DNA of 64,000 bases, from NCBI RefSeq assembly GCF_009914755.1, contig NC_060940.1; one strand, given 5' to 3'. The notes under the pieces were generated by a model, which saw only the letters and a list, made by a program, of their open reading frames with translations, was not told where the DNA came from and made no database searches. The translations under genes were made by a program, and so were the position numbers. Position 1 is the stretch's first letter, and every line of letters starts with the position of its first letter. Of the stretch, positions 1 to 15,887 are shown piece by piece. This stretch comes from the human T2T-CHM13v2.0 reference genome, Homo sapiens.

Positions 1-1
1 T

Positions 2-1292
<1,291 letters not shown>

Positions 1293-1762
1293 TGTATTTG
1301 TACCCTAATAATATATACCATAGCTCTTGCTGCTTCTCTCAAATCGACTTGCTGGTGGGACACACACACATTGCCACCACTGTGCCTTTCCCCCTCTCCC
1401 TCTAAAAGGAAGGCTTCCTTTTTTAACATGAAACAAATTCTGTCCTTTGTATTAAATGTGAATGTGCTGAAGCAAAGCTGCTACATGGAGATCAAGGCTT
1501 TTCTGAGCACCCTGAATTGGGGAGCTTGTGCCCAACAGGATATGGTCTGTCACCACACAGAGGAAAGGAAAGGTCAGGTTTCTATAAAACTCAGAGTGGG
1601 GCAGAGGTGTGAGAAACTGTTGGGAAGGTCTCTTAAGAGCCTGGCCAAGGCAGCGCAGGAAAGGCAAGTGTAGGGCTGAAGGCAAGAGGGTTCTGCAGGT
1701 GGTGGAGGCACAGGGGCAGGCGAGGCTGGATGCAGAGCAAGGCATCCCATACACTGGGCTGA

Positions 1763-1960
<198 letters not shown>

Positions 1961-3243
1961 TAATTTTTTGTTTGTTTGTTTGTTTGTTTTTGAGATGGAG
2001 TTTCACTCTTGTTGCCCAGGCTGGAGTGCAATGTTGCGATCTCAGCTCACTGAAATCTCCGCCTCCCAGGTTCAAGTGATTCTCCTGCCTCAGCCTCTCG
2101 AGTAGCTGGGACTACAGGCATGTGCCACCATGCCTGGCTAGTTTTGTATTTTTAGTAGAGACAGGGTTTCACCATGTTGGTTAGGCTGGTCTTGAACTCG
2201 TGACCTCAGGTGATCCACCCCCACCCCAGGGCCTCCCAAAGTGCTGGGATTACAGGCATGAGCCACCACACCTGTCCACTGTTGCTTCTGATGTATTAAG
2301 TTGTTAGGGGAAGGAGCGAGGGAGATCAAGCAGTGTCATTGTCCTTTCAAGCCACATGTAGGTTTCCCTTTCTATCCACAGGAAAATACTTACAATAAGA
2401 GCTTACAGTTATATATACCCATGTCAGGCACGTTTTATGTTGCTGTTGTTTTATGGTGGTTTTCTTACACCATCTTAAGTACTTTATATGTATTTACATT
2501 TATTTAATCCTACCAATAATTATATTGTTATCCCTATTTTCACCAACAAAGACATCAAGAAGTGAAATACTTTGTTCCTGTCAATCTCCAAGTGGGCAGC
2601 AGAACCAGGAATCAGACCCAGACGGTTTGGCTGCAGAGCCCATGCCCATGGCCATACATGGCATGCCTCTCCAAGGACTGGGGAAAGCTGGGTGGTTTAC
2701 TTAGATCTGAAAACAGGCTTAGGCTGCGCACGGTGGCTCGTGCCTGTAATCCCAGCACTTTGGGAGGCCAAGTGCTGGGATTACAGGCATGAGTGGGAGG
2801 ATGGCTTGAGCCCAGGAGTTTAAGACCAGCCTGGGCAACATAGTGAGAACCCATCTCTACCAAAAAAAAAAAATTAAAAATGAAAATAAAATAAAACTTT
2901 AAAAATGAAAAGAGGTTTAGAACTAGATTTTAAGATGAGAAAACAGAAGCATAGAGAGAAGGGTTTGGGGTGGGGGGCACAGAGGAAAACCGGCATACTT
3001 AGGGAAAAATAAACCTTAAGATTTATGGAGGAGTCCCTGTGTGCTGGGCACTACCAAGCCCTGGTCACAACTCTACTACAGGGAGGTTGCTACGGTTTGC
3101 ATCCCCATTTTAAAGAGTGAAAAGCTACAGTTTCCAGAGACGTGAAGTGGCTTGCCTCAGTGACTCAGGTAGGAAGTGGTCGACCTGAGATGTGAACCTA
3201 GGCGGTTTGACACTGGAGCCCATGTTTTTAGTCATCAGGCTGA

Positions 3244-3558
<315 letters not shown>

Positions 3559-4513
3559 TGAACTCCTGGGCTCAAGCGATTCTTCTGCCTTAGTCTCTCT
3601 AAGTGTTGGGATTACAGGCGTGAGCCACCTCGCCTGGCCAGCTTGCTCATTTTTACTAAAACTTTAGATGTTAAGTGGTGAGAGGGCAGGGAGTTATGGC
3701 TTAACTTGAATCCCCAGTGCCAACCACACAGCCTGTGTTTGCTGAAGGAAGTTTGGGTGGAAAGACCCCACCTGCTGCCTGGAACACTGATGTCCCTTCC
3801 ACAGGCTTGTGCACAGGCACTATCTTCCTTCACATTTACTCACCTGCCCCAGGACAGCCGAATCTATTTTCTTCATTCCCACCATGAAGGGGCCCTCACT
3901 CCATGTCTTCCTGAGTGATCCAGCTCTCATTCCTAGAGTCCCCTTAGGCTAACTTGTTCTGCTACAATCTCTGTAAGCATTACCAGAGGCCAAACACTAC
4001 CTATTAGAGAAAGCAATGCAAACGCCTTTGCCCCATGTAGGAGACATGAGGTTTAAGTTGGGTCTTTAAGTGTAAATTTCCAAAACTGGAGACAGTAAGA
4101 ACGTTCCAAGGAGAAGAGCTTGAGCAAAGTCATGAGGCTATGAAAGAGCCAGCGGTGTGCATGGCAGAGCTAGTGGATCTGGGTGATGGGGGCAAGGGAC
4201 ATCGGAGGGAGGGGAGCTGAAGCCGAGGCAGCAAAGGTTATGTGGGACCATCTTTTACTTATTTACTTTGAATAGGGACAGGGTCTCACGATGTTGCCCC
4301 AGCTGGTCTGGAACTCCTGGGTTCAAGAAACCCTCCTGCCCCAGCCTCCCAAAGTGCTGGGATTACAGGCATGAGCCACTGTGCCCGGCCAAATAATGTC
4401 CATCGTTATTTCCCTGAGACATCTGCCCAGCCCAACAGAGCTCTCTGCAGTAGGACAGGGCACAACTGGGGACAGTTTCAGGGCTGTTTTTCACCCACAG
4501 GCTCTCTCTCCAG

Positions 4514-4592
4514 GCAGGAAGAATCCACCAAGTACTTCAACTTTGCAACCTCCGATGAGAAGAAAATGAAAGAGGCTGAGCATCGATACCGT
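4514..4592 (+). CDS. ITGAD: Integrin alpha-D (CD11d) coding exon (QEESTKYFNFATSDEKKMKEAEHRYR)
   Basis: ctccag acceptor, gtgaga donor, 79 nt; joins in frame to the next exon; integrin alpha calf-domain sequence. Confidence 0.93.
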
Positions 4593-4751
4593 GTGAGAGT
4601 CTAGGGAGTATCCATGTCTGCCTTCCACGTTGTGGATAAAGTTGGAAGTTGGTGGAGAAGATGGAGAGGAGCCTTGGGGTAGGGCCAGGAGGGAAGTAGG
4701 ATTTGGAAGGCTCCAGAGACCACAATAACACTCTGCCTTGATTTCCTGCAG

Positions 4752-4859
4752 GTGAATAACCTCAGCCAGCGAGATCTGGCCATCAGCATTAACTTCTGGG
4801 TTCCTGTCCTGCTGAACGGGGTGGCTGTGTGGGATGTGGTCATGGAGGCCCCATCTCAG
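4752..4859 (+). CDS. ITGAD: ITGAD coding exon ([36 protein letters not shown])
   Basis: ttcctgcag / gtaccc, 108 nt, phase 0. Confidence 0.95.
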
Positions 4860-4970
4860 GTACCCGCCTATCTCTCCTCTTTCTTCAGACTGACATCCCA
4901 CAGCACAGCACTCCCTCTTACCAGGGACATGTTGCTCATTCTGTGGCTAAGTGCTTCTTTCTCTTCCCAG

Positions 4971-5048
4971 AGTCTCCCCTGTGTTTCAGAGAGAAAACCT
5001 CCCCAGCATTCTGACTTCCTGACCCAGATTTCAAGAAGTCCCATGCTG
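4971..5048 (+). CDS. ITGAD: ITGAD coding exon ([26 protein letters not shown])
   Basis: ttcccag / gtgaga, 78 nt. Confidence 0.95.
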
Positions 5049-5244
5049 GTGAGAAAGTCCCTGAACCCCCACCGCCAAGATCAGCCCCCACCGGGGATAC
5101 TGGGAAATGTACTGCTAGGCCACAGAGTTCCGTGCATGTCCTGTAACTGCTCATCTGTTCCCCACCCCAAACCTGACCATATTTTTTCCTATGGCTCCCT
5201 CCTCAGGGAAGAACCCCTCAGTTTCACCCCTCTTCTGCCCCCAG

Positions 5245-5358
5245 GACTGCTCCATTGCTGACTGCCTGCAGTTCCGCTGTGACGTCCCCTCCTTCAGCGT
5301 CCAGGAGGAGCTGGATTTCACCCTGAAGGGCAATCTCAGTTTCGGCTGGGTCCGCGAG
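5245..5358 (+). CDS. ITGAD: ITGAD coding exon ([38 protein letters not shown])
   Basis: ccccag / gtgtgt, 114 nt; beta2-integrin alpha-chain motif. Confidence 0.95.
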
Positions 5359-5501
5359 GTGTGTGGGGGCAGCGGCAGAGCCCCTGCCCCAGACTCAGGC
5401 AGGACCTGGCATGTCTGTGCCCATCTGCAAGCCAGGGCACCCCCGAAGCTCTGAGCCTCCCCCAGAGCCAGTTCCACAGGTTTCCCCCAACCCCTTTGCA
5501 G

Positions 5502-5603
5502 ACATTGCAGAAGAAGGTGTTGGTCGTGAGTGTGGCTGAAATTACGTTCGACACATCCGTGTACTCCCAGCTTCCAGGACAGGAGGCATTTATGAGAGCT
5601 CAG
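5502..5603 (+). CDS. ITGAD: ITGAD coding exon ([34 protein letters not shown])
   Basis: tttgcag / gtagag, 102 nt. Confidence 0.95.
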
Positions 5604-5854
5604 GTAGAGACCATGTGGAGGGCAGCGACCAGCTGGAAAGAGGACCCCTAGGGCTACATCTGTGGTGCTGGGTGGGGGGTTTGCAAGCCTTGCGGGAGGA
5701 GGGTGAAAGTCTCTGGGCAGGACAGCTGTCCCTAAGGGCACGGGTGCTACTGTGTCTCACTCCTTGGAGCAGAGCCTCAGAAAGGAGGGGAGAGAGTTAA
5801 AGGTTGCGGAACCTGGGAGGCATCTGGGATGGCATGAGGCCGGATGCTCTCTGA

Positions 5855-6235
<381 letters not shown>

Positions 6236-6355
6236 TGATCCGCCCACCTTGGCCTCCCAAAGTTCTGGGATTACAGGTGTGAGCCACCTCATCCGGCCTT
6301 ATCCCATTCTTGACACCACCAGCATCCAACCCAAGCCCTCCTACAGACTGGCTGA

Positions 6356-6816
<461 letters not shown>

Positions 6817-6977
6817 TGAAGTGAGAGAGAAATGAGGCCAGGGCATGTGCACAGATCTGCCTGGATCTATGCTGTCCTGCCACGGGTCGTGTGTGTACCT
6901 ACTGTGCTCGGGGCCAGCAGATGCTCGATATATGATAGCTGTTCACATAAATGTTCTCGCACACAAACGTAAGTTAG

Positions 6978-7380
<403 letters not shown>

Positions 7381-7414
7381 TTACCCAGCTTTTCTAATTT
7401 ATTTCCCCTGATAG

Positions 7415-7528
7415 CTTGGCTTCTTCAAACGCCACTACAAGGAAATGCTGGAGGACAAGCCTGAAGACACTGCCACATTCAGTGGGGACGATTTCAGCTG
7501 TGTGGCCCCAAATGTGCCTTTGTCCTAA
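7415..7528 (+). CDS. ITGAD: ITGAD last coding exon, cytoplasmic tail (LGFFKRHYKEMLEDKPEDTATFSGDDFSCVAPNVPLS*)
   Basis: cccctgatag acceptor; diagnostic GFFKR motif; TAA at 7526-7528. Confidence 0.96.
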   Translation, partial: LGFFKRHYKEMLEDKPEDTATFSGDDFSCVAPNVPLS

Positions 7529-7748
7529 TAATCCACTTTCCTGTTTATCTCTACCACTGTGGGCTGGACTTGCTTGCAACCATAAATCAACTTACATGGA
7601 AACAACTTCTGCATAGATCTGCACTGGCCTAAGCAACCTACCAGGTGCTAAGCACCTTCTCGGAGAGATAGAGATTGTAATGTTTTTACATATCTGTCCA
7701 TCTTTTTCAGCAATGACCCACTTTTTACAGAAGCAGGCATGGTGCCAG

Positions 7749-7754
7749 CATAAA
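7749..7754 (+). terminator. ITGAD: Candidate variant poly(A) signal CATAAA for ITGAD
   Basis: CATAAA about 220 nt after the stop; no AATAAA seen in this UTR stretch. Confidence 0.4.
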
Positions 7755-7976
7755 TTTTCATATGCTTAAGAATTGTCACATGAAATGAGGATGTTTATAG
7801 CACACTTTCCTTGCGTGGAAGAGCTATAACCCAGGGACCTGAGTGCCTCTCTGGGAATAGTCGGGGGAACCTATTTGTGGGCATTGAAAAAGTTTTTTCA
7901 CTTTCTATGGTGATGGGAGCCTGAGGTCATCTTTTCTTGATGGGGCTGAGAGGTGTGTATCAGGGGAGAGGGTCAA

Positions 7977-7979
<3 letters not shown>

Positions 7980-8010
<31 letters not shown>
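7980..8010. repeat. (TG)n microsatellite
   Basis: About 15 TG units. Confidence 0.95.
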
Positions 8011-8011
<1 letters not shown>

Positions 8012-8231
8012 ATGTGCATGCACGTGCACGCAGGCATGCATTGGTCATGGGTTTCTTCACACACTTCAGGTTCCTCTGTAATGGTAAGTGGGCAGGCTGT
8101 CCTAGGAGGTGAAGAAATGTCCAGAGCTCATTTGAACTCCTGTCCCCCTTGAATGAGGTACTCAGAAGCCAGGAGAGCCAGGCTAGGAGCATGTGATTTC
8201 CCATATAGAAGACTCATTAAGAAAGATTATA

Positions 8232-8540
8232 GGCCGGGCGCGGTGGCTCACGCCTGTAATCCCAGCACTTTGGGAGGCCGAGGCGGGTGGATCATGAGGT
8301 CAGGAGATCGAGACCATCCTGGCTAACAAGGTGAAACCCCGTCTCTACTAAAAATACAAAAAATTAGCCGGGCGCGGTGGCGGGCGCCTGTAGTCCCAGC
8401 TACTCAGGAGGCTGAGGCAGGAGAATGGCGTGAACCCGGGAAGCGGAGCTTGCAGTGAGCCGAGATTGCACCACTGCAGTCCGCAGTCCGGCCTGGGCGA
8501 CAGAGCGAGACTCCGTCTCAAAAAAAAAAAAAAAAAAAGA
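8232..8540 (+). mobile_element. AluYb8-type young Alu with TSD AAGAAAGATTATA
   Basis: Diagnostic 7-bp duplication GCAGTCCGCAGTCC, ggatcatgaggtc, ctaacaaggtg, gggaagcggag; intact CpGs; TSD 8219-8231 / 8541-8553. Confidence 0.9.
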
Positions 8541-9143
8541 AAGAAAGATTATAGAGAATTATCAAAAGATTCCAAATCCAGCATTAGGTCCCAAGGCCTC
8601 ACACACAGGACTGTGGAGCCTCCGTCTGAAATCCAGAGAGCTGGGATTCACAGACACCAGCAGCTCAGGTGTCAGGCAAGAAGTGGGACTTCAGGATCTG
8701 CAGCCCTGGGCTCCCATGGGGGCTCTGCCGAGCTGCCGGAACTTGGACAAGTCATTTAATTCCCAAGAATCTCAGGTCTTCCTCGGGAGAAGGTGAACTA
8801 AATTTATACCCTGCTCCCAGCGTTACTGTGAGGATTCGGTGTACGCGGAAGCCCATTACAGCCTAGAGCCCTAATTATTAATAGGTGTGTGTGAGAGGGA
8901 GGCCTCATTATTACCAGGTGAGAGACAGGGAGCTGGGATCGCCTACCTGTGAGTGGAGGAGGCTCCCTCGAGCACCTCCGTATCAGCGGCGTGGGAAAAG
9001 CACGTGGAGCGCCCACCGCGCTAGGCGCATGCGCGGAGCAGGAGCGCTTACCAAGCTGGGCGCATGCGCGGAGCGGGCGCCTCTGGGCGCGCTCCCCGTG
9101 GCCCCGCCCTCCCCACAGAGCCGCAGACTCGAAGCTTCACACC

Positions 9144-9149
9144 TTTATT
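9144..9149 (-). terminator. COX6A2: COX6A2 poly(A) signal AATAAA
   Basis: tttatt on the + strand, 22 nt past the stop codon. Confidence 0.9.
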
Positions 9150-9171
9150 GTGTCCGGGGGCGTCCGGGGCC

Positions 9172-9255
9172 TCAGGGGTGTTCGTAGCCCGTGGGCAGAG
9201 GGTTCACGTGGCTATTGTGGAACAGAGTGTGGTTGCCGTCCCCCCAGGGGTAGGG
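9172..9255 (-). CDS. COX6A2: COX6A2 exon 3 ([27 protein letters not shown])
   Basis: ccacag acceptor; conserved COX6A C-terminal motif [12 protein letters not shown]. Confidence 0.97.
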   Translation of the reverse strand, partial: PYPWGDGNHTLFHNSHVNPLPTGYEHP

Positions 9256-9429
9256 CTGTGGAGAGAGCGGGGGAGGGAGCGCGCGTGAGCGCCGTGAGTC
9301 CGGAGTCCGCGCCCCGCCCCGCGCGCCCCGCGCGCACCCCCCCCCCCCGCAGCACCCCCCCCCGCCCCCGCAGCACCCCCCCCCGCCCCCGCAGCACCCC
9401 CGTGCCGCCCGCGCGCCCGTCCCGCGTAC

Positions 9430-9566
9430 CTTGGTGCGGATGCGGAGGTGTTGGTAGGGACGGAACTCGGGGCGCGGGCGGTGGCCCGAGTGGAGATAGG
9501 AGTTGAAGGTGCAGAGGGCCACGCTGGGCAGCGCCAGCACGAAGGTCAGCAGACGCCAGGTACGAG
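9430..9566 (-). CDS. COX6A2: COX6A2 exon 2 ([46 protein letters not shown])
   Basis: ccgcag / gtacgc, 137 nt; TM helix of COX subunit VIa. Confidence 0.97.
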
Positions 9567-9667
9567 CTGCGGACGGAGCGGGGTGAGCGCGGCGGTCCTG
9601 GGGCGGCGGGCCTGTGAACAGGTGGGCAGGGTAGGGGAGCCCCCGGATCCGCCCGTTCCCCACTCAC

Positions 9668-9740
9668 CTCCTGCTCCTCCGTGGCCTCCTTTGGCAGCGC
9701 TGGCCAAGCCCCGGGTCAGGGGCCTCAGAGGCAAAGCCAT
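9668..9740 (-). CDS. COX6A2: COX6A2 exon 1, cytochrome c oxidase subunit 6A2 (heart/muscle), transit peptide MALPLRPLTRGLASAAKGGHGGAG
   Basis: ATG at 9740, donor G|gtgagt; 73+137+84 nt gives 97 aa. Confidence 0.97.
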
Positions 9741-9814
9741 GATGGTGCGGGGAGCCGGGAACCAGCGCTGTCCTCGCTCCCTTTCCTGGGGCCTGGGGTC
9801 ACCTCCCCTCTCTG

Positions 9815-9915
9815 GGCCAATCACCTGTTGAGTCTGGAGCACTGGCGGCTATTCTTAGGGGTTTCTATATTTAAAATGGGGCCTGACTGGCTTGAGGTCA
9901 TCTCCAGACAGCTGT
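9815..9915 (-). promoter_or_regulatory. COX6A2: COX6A2 muscle promoter: MEF2 site CTATATTTAA (9865-9874), near-MEF2 site (9849-9858), E-boxes CACCTG (9822-9827) and CAGCTG (9909-9914), AGGTCA half-site (9895-9900)
   Basis: Direct motif matches 80-175 nt upstream of the ATG; consistent with striated-muscle expression. Confidence 0.7.
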
Positions 9916-10055
9916 TGTCCTGTGCCTCTTATTTTGGCAAGGAGGCATTTAAGTACAATATGCCATTCTTTTTATATAGTTGCAGGGAAACTATTTTGTT
10001 CCCTATTCTATGCCTGGTGGCTGGCACACAGTTGGGCTTTAATAAATATTTGTAG

Positions 10056-10271
<216 letters not shown>

Positions 10272-11373
10272 TGAAGTTTATGTAAGGTAGGAATGTGTCA
10301 ACCTGGATTTTGGCAGGTAACAGTAGTTCAGTATATGTATTAGTCACAGTTCTTTGCAAAGAACAGAACTCACTCTTACTAGTTTTAGAAGATAAGTAAT
10401 TGAGAATCTTAGGTAGCTTACTATGTCTGATATAGCCAGAGATGCCTACAGTCTGCACAGTCATAAACAAGTCATTCCGTTGGCCAGCTGCAGTGACACC
10501 CCCACAGCTCACACTGCTGGACCCTGGATGCCAAAAGCTTCATTAAGGCTGCCCTGGAAAACCAGAATTTTCCACCCTCATCCCCTCTTGAAAACAGATT
10601 CTTCATGAAACCTGTATCCTGGGTCGCTCTTTTCTGAAAGAATTATGTGATTGCACCAACTGGCAACCCCTAGGTCCCCCAGCTGCAGGAGGGGATGGGA
10701 AACTGAGCTCTGGATTCTGCCTTAGGGAGGCAGGAATTGTAGGGAAAATCTCCAGGTCTAGGATGAGTATTCAAAAGGTTCCAGGCAGCCACAAGCCTGA
10801 CAGGTGTCTACTGCAAAGTGCATTATTTCAATCTGAAAAATATGACTACTTGGAGAAAGCAAGCCTAGACAGGGCTGGTGTGAACCCTCTATCAAAGCAG
10901 GTCACAAGAAAGCCACAAGACCAGGCAGGGATGACATCTGCCTGTTCTGTCCTCAGCAACGGGCAGGGACCTTGGCATGAAGGAGGTGTTCTAAAAATAT
11001 GTATGTAATGAATGCTTGAACCTTGTTACTTTGGTTAACCCTACAACAATGCCTTTTCAGAATTACAATCCAATAGGAAGCTTCTAGCTTTGATCAAGGG
11101 CTGATGTACTAATATGAACTTAATATACAAAAGAAGAATGAATTATATAGACATATAATCTGAATTTAATATATAAAAAAAACGAGGAAGATATATTTTC
11201 AAGAAGGGGCTCTATACCTGTTTCTCATTGGTAATAAACTGAACAGTATGTTCCATCCAACTTTAAGCTGCTGCTATTTTTAAAAAAAATAACCTCCTTG
11301 AGCAGTCAAATGTTATACAGTGTTACAAAAATTATTCCTGAGCTCTCACTGAGCTATAATAGAATTCTTCCTA

Positions 11374-11866
<493 letters not shown>

Positions 11867-13165
11867 CTAGGTTTCTTTTCTCCCCTAAAAGGCCCCTCAG
11901 AGTTTTTCTGGTTGCTGCCAAACAATTCCCTGGGAATTCCCATCCCTTTGTTCTCAGCTTGGGAGCTCCTGTGGAGAGGTTTTCTTGCTGGGATGTCAAG
12001 AACGCCCTGAGGAGGGCCACTTCTGTCCTGGGCTGCTGTCACCATCACGAGGTGCACTTGCCCAGGTACCCAGAGACCTCCGCTCAGGTGGTCTGTGCTT
12101 TTCTGGGCTTGTCACCATCTTACCTGCCTCTCTAGAGGGTGTGCAGAGCTGTCTCTTCCAGGCTGTGCACTCACCATTGTTTCTGTAAGTTCTCACTCAC
12201 ACAGTTCTTAACCTGGCTGCTGCCAACACTTTCAGTTTCTAGAGGTTTAATTTTTCCTCCACTTTAGGCAGAGGGAAGAACAAACTCACCAGGTGCTAAA
12301 TAAACCCCGGAGGGCAGCATCTCAGCCTCTGTTCAGAGTATCTCAGCTGTTGGTGGTGAAGGAGGTGGAGGCATGACTCAGGGTCAGTTTCTCTTGTGCC
12401 CTCTTCCTGGGATGCTGCATACCATGACCACATTTTCTAAAGCAAAGATCGATTACATGTGATCTACTAAGTATAAATGTTTATGGGGGCCCTAGGGACA
12501 GCGTATTTGAAATTAGAATAGTCCTGGAAAAACAACTGTGATACAGGACATGGGTTAGCTAGAACGAACAGGTACAGAGAGATGGAGCTCAGACAGCATT
12601 GGGGTGGGGTCCAGTGGCAACAGGGACATAGACTCTAAATAAATGGGGCTCTGAGCTCCCTCTGCACTTGGGAGGGGCCAGTGGCTATGTGATAGTGGAT
12701 GTCTACTGTTTTGTGTCATATGACCAATATATCTATGCCTTCTTTTCTGATACTGACACACACACCCCTGCCCCCCTTATTCTCAGTTCAAGTTCAAGTG
12801 GGGTTGACTCCCTCCTCTAGCTCCAAGAAGGGCCACATGATCCAGGCCTACCCAATCAGAGCATTCTATTCTCCAGGTCATAGTGATTTTTTTTTTTTGA
12901 GACAGAGTCTCACTCTGTCCCCCAAGCTGGAGTGCAGTGGTGCAGTCTTGGCACACTGCAACCCCTGTCTCCCATGTTCAAGTGATTATTCAGCCTCAGC
13001 CTCCTGAGTAGCTGGGATTACAGGTGCACACCACCATGCTTGGCTACTTTTTTGTATTTTTAGTAGAGATGGGGTTTCACCATGTTGGCCAGGCTGGTCT
13101 CGAACTTCTGGCCTTAAGTGATCTGCCTGCCTCGGCCTCCCAAAGTGCTGGGATTACAGGCGTGA

Positions 13166-13437
<272 letters not shown>

Positions 13438-15887
13438 TGAGTTCCAATTTTCAGGCCTGTCTCTTGGACTGTTGAAACACAATTATACTTCAACTGGACT
13501 TGGAGCTGCTGGAGCCTCAGGCTGGGGCCTTCAATTGAAGCCAATATTGAAGCCATTTTCAGAGCAGACCTGAAAAATGGGAGATCTAGCCTTGTTAATA
13601 TTATGTGAATCCCTGAGTCAAGATGTGCCGGAATTGAGAAAGAGCTGAACTCTTAAGACTTTTCAGTTATGTGAAATAACAAATCCCCTATTCGTAAAAG
13701 CCAGTTAGAAATGGGGCTTTAAGTCCTAATTTATTGTTAAACATTTTTTATGAAGCTATACCACATCTCTAAACTTTTACCAGCACATTTCTGATTTCTG
13801 TTCCCCTGTACTGTGATCCATATTTTATTGAAGTTTTGGGGCTTCTTTTGTAGAAATGATAGAAATGTATTTAATAAACATTCTGGAGTATGCATGCCTT
13901 TAATGAATTAAACCTCATAGGCACTTGATATGAAGGGATTTAATGTTTGTGAAAATGAAGTGAGACAAATAAATTACACATTGAGATACAGCCCAAGTTG
14001 CTAAATGTTTAAAGGTTGAGGCTTGTAATTTTATTTTCTTCCATTTCATAATAGTGTAGTGACACATCACAATACATCTCTACACTGTGACTTGATTTCT
14101 CCCGAATCTGTGTCTGATGCTGGGAACACTGATGTTCTGGCTGAATCCATGACACTTGCACACTTGTGCTCAGTTTGCCTCATGACTGGGGTCACTCCAG
14201 CCAAGGCTGCAAACTAGGACAGAGTTTGAAACTGGTGCTCCCCTGCGAGACCTTTACTTCACATATTACAGAACCAGGACCACTAGGCCAGCTGGTCTAT
14301 AAAGAGCGCCTAAAATGGCAACCTATTAATCTCAGATTTTTTTTTAGATGGAGTCTCACTGTGTTGCCCAGGCTAGAGTGCAGTGGTGCGATCTCAGCTC
14401 ACTGCAGCCTCAGCCTCCTGAGTAGCTGGAATTGTAGATGTGTGCCATCACGCCCAGCTAATTTTTGCATTTTTAGTAGAGATGGGGTTTCACTATAATC
14501 TCACCATCTGAAATTATGGCCAGACTGGTCTTGAACTCCTGACTTCAGGTGATCCACCTGCCTCAGCCTCCCAAAATGTTGGGATTACCAGCGTGAGCTA
14601 CCGTGCCTGACCATAATCTCAGATATTTTCTAAACCAGTATTTTGCCACCAGTAAATGCTGATTATTAAAAATACACTCAAAGGCCTTTTTGTCCTATGA
14701 CTGATGCTGCTGAAAATTTGATGTAACCATCTTGGCAATTTGTGGTAATCTCATTTCTACAAATGTGTGGAGGAGATGCACGAGACCCGAGTAAATAATA
14801 TTGTTTTCAGTTGCTTTTTTCTGTTATCACTATAGACATAACCGTGGAATCATCGAATGACAGGCACAGTAACCAGGAAGACATAGATTGATTGGGTGGG
14901 GTCACCTTCATAGTCACCTTGGCTAACTTTCCAATTATGTACACATTGTATCTTGGGAGGACAACAAGGATGAAAGAAACCCAAGTTTTAGCATAGAATA
15001 CTTGAGCAGCTGGAAGTGGTTCCTTCACATAAGTAATATTAATTGAGCACCCACTGTGAGCCAGGCCCTGCACCAGGGTCTCTGCTCTCGTGGAGCTCAG
15101 TCTGCTGGGGAGATAGGTTACCAGACAGACATGCCCTATGTTCTTAATGCCACTGGAGCACTCACCACGTCAGGTGTGACACGAGAGGTGGGGCAGTCTC
15201 TAAGTGGAAGTGGGGCTCATATGAATGAGTAGGGCAAGTCTGGGAGACAGAAAAGGGGAAAGGTCATTTTGGGCAGTGGAAAGAAATAAATCAAGTGCAA
15301 AGACACAGAGGTGCAGGAGGCCCTGGCCAGCAAAGGCACAGAGGTCAGGCGAAGCCCAATGGAGAAGCATGCATGCCACGCTAAAGCATTTGAACCCTGT
15401 TCTGTAGGCCCTGCTGGGGTCAGCGGAGGGGGTGGAGGGGTGGGAGTGGCAGGCAGGAGATCCTTTCAGGCAGGAGACTGACATCAGATTTAGTGTTGGA
15501 GTCTGGAGTCTGAGGGAGGAATCTATAATAACTGGTAGGTTCTATGGATGCTGAACCAGAATGCAGAGGCGGGAAGCAGGGGAGATTGGCTAGGAGTCTT
15601 CTGCAACAGTCCAGGCTCATGATGACAGGACTTGCACCTGTGAGAGAGCACAGGCCACAGAGGGCACGGGGTGCTGTCGAAAAACTCTTCTGAGGTACAA
15701 CAAGTAGACGGCAGTGCCTGATACTACTTGGATTGGGAGAAAGAGGCATCAAGGACTGAGGTAGCAAGCTTGGAACTGAACCAGTAATGCTACCACAGAC
15801 TTTCATGCAGTTTAAATTCTCATAGGGTAACTTTTCTTCCTCACTCTAATAGCACATCATTAAGACAACCAACAAACCAACAAACAC

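Larger units (their letters stand above)
8980..9780. promoter_or_regulatory. COX6A2: CpG island covering the COX6A2 body and its 3' flank
   Basis: Very high GC and CpG density. Confidence 0.8.

Noticed and set aside
9331-9400. Short regular repeats as a possible CRISPR-like array
   Set aside because: No unique spacers; eukaryotic minisatellite
9172-9663. 163-aa ORF containing COX6A2 peptides
   Set aside because: Read-through of a stop-free 174-nt intron; the spliced 97-aa model explains it
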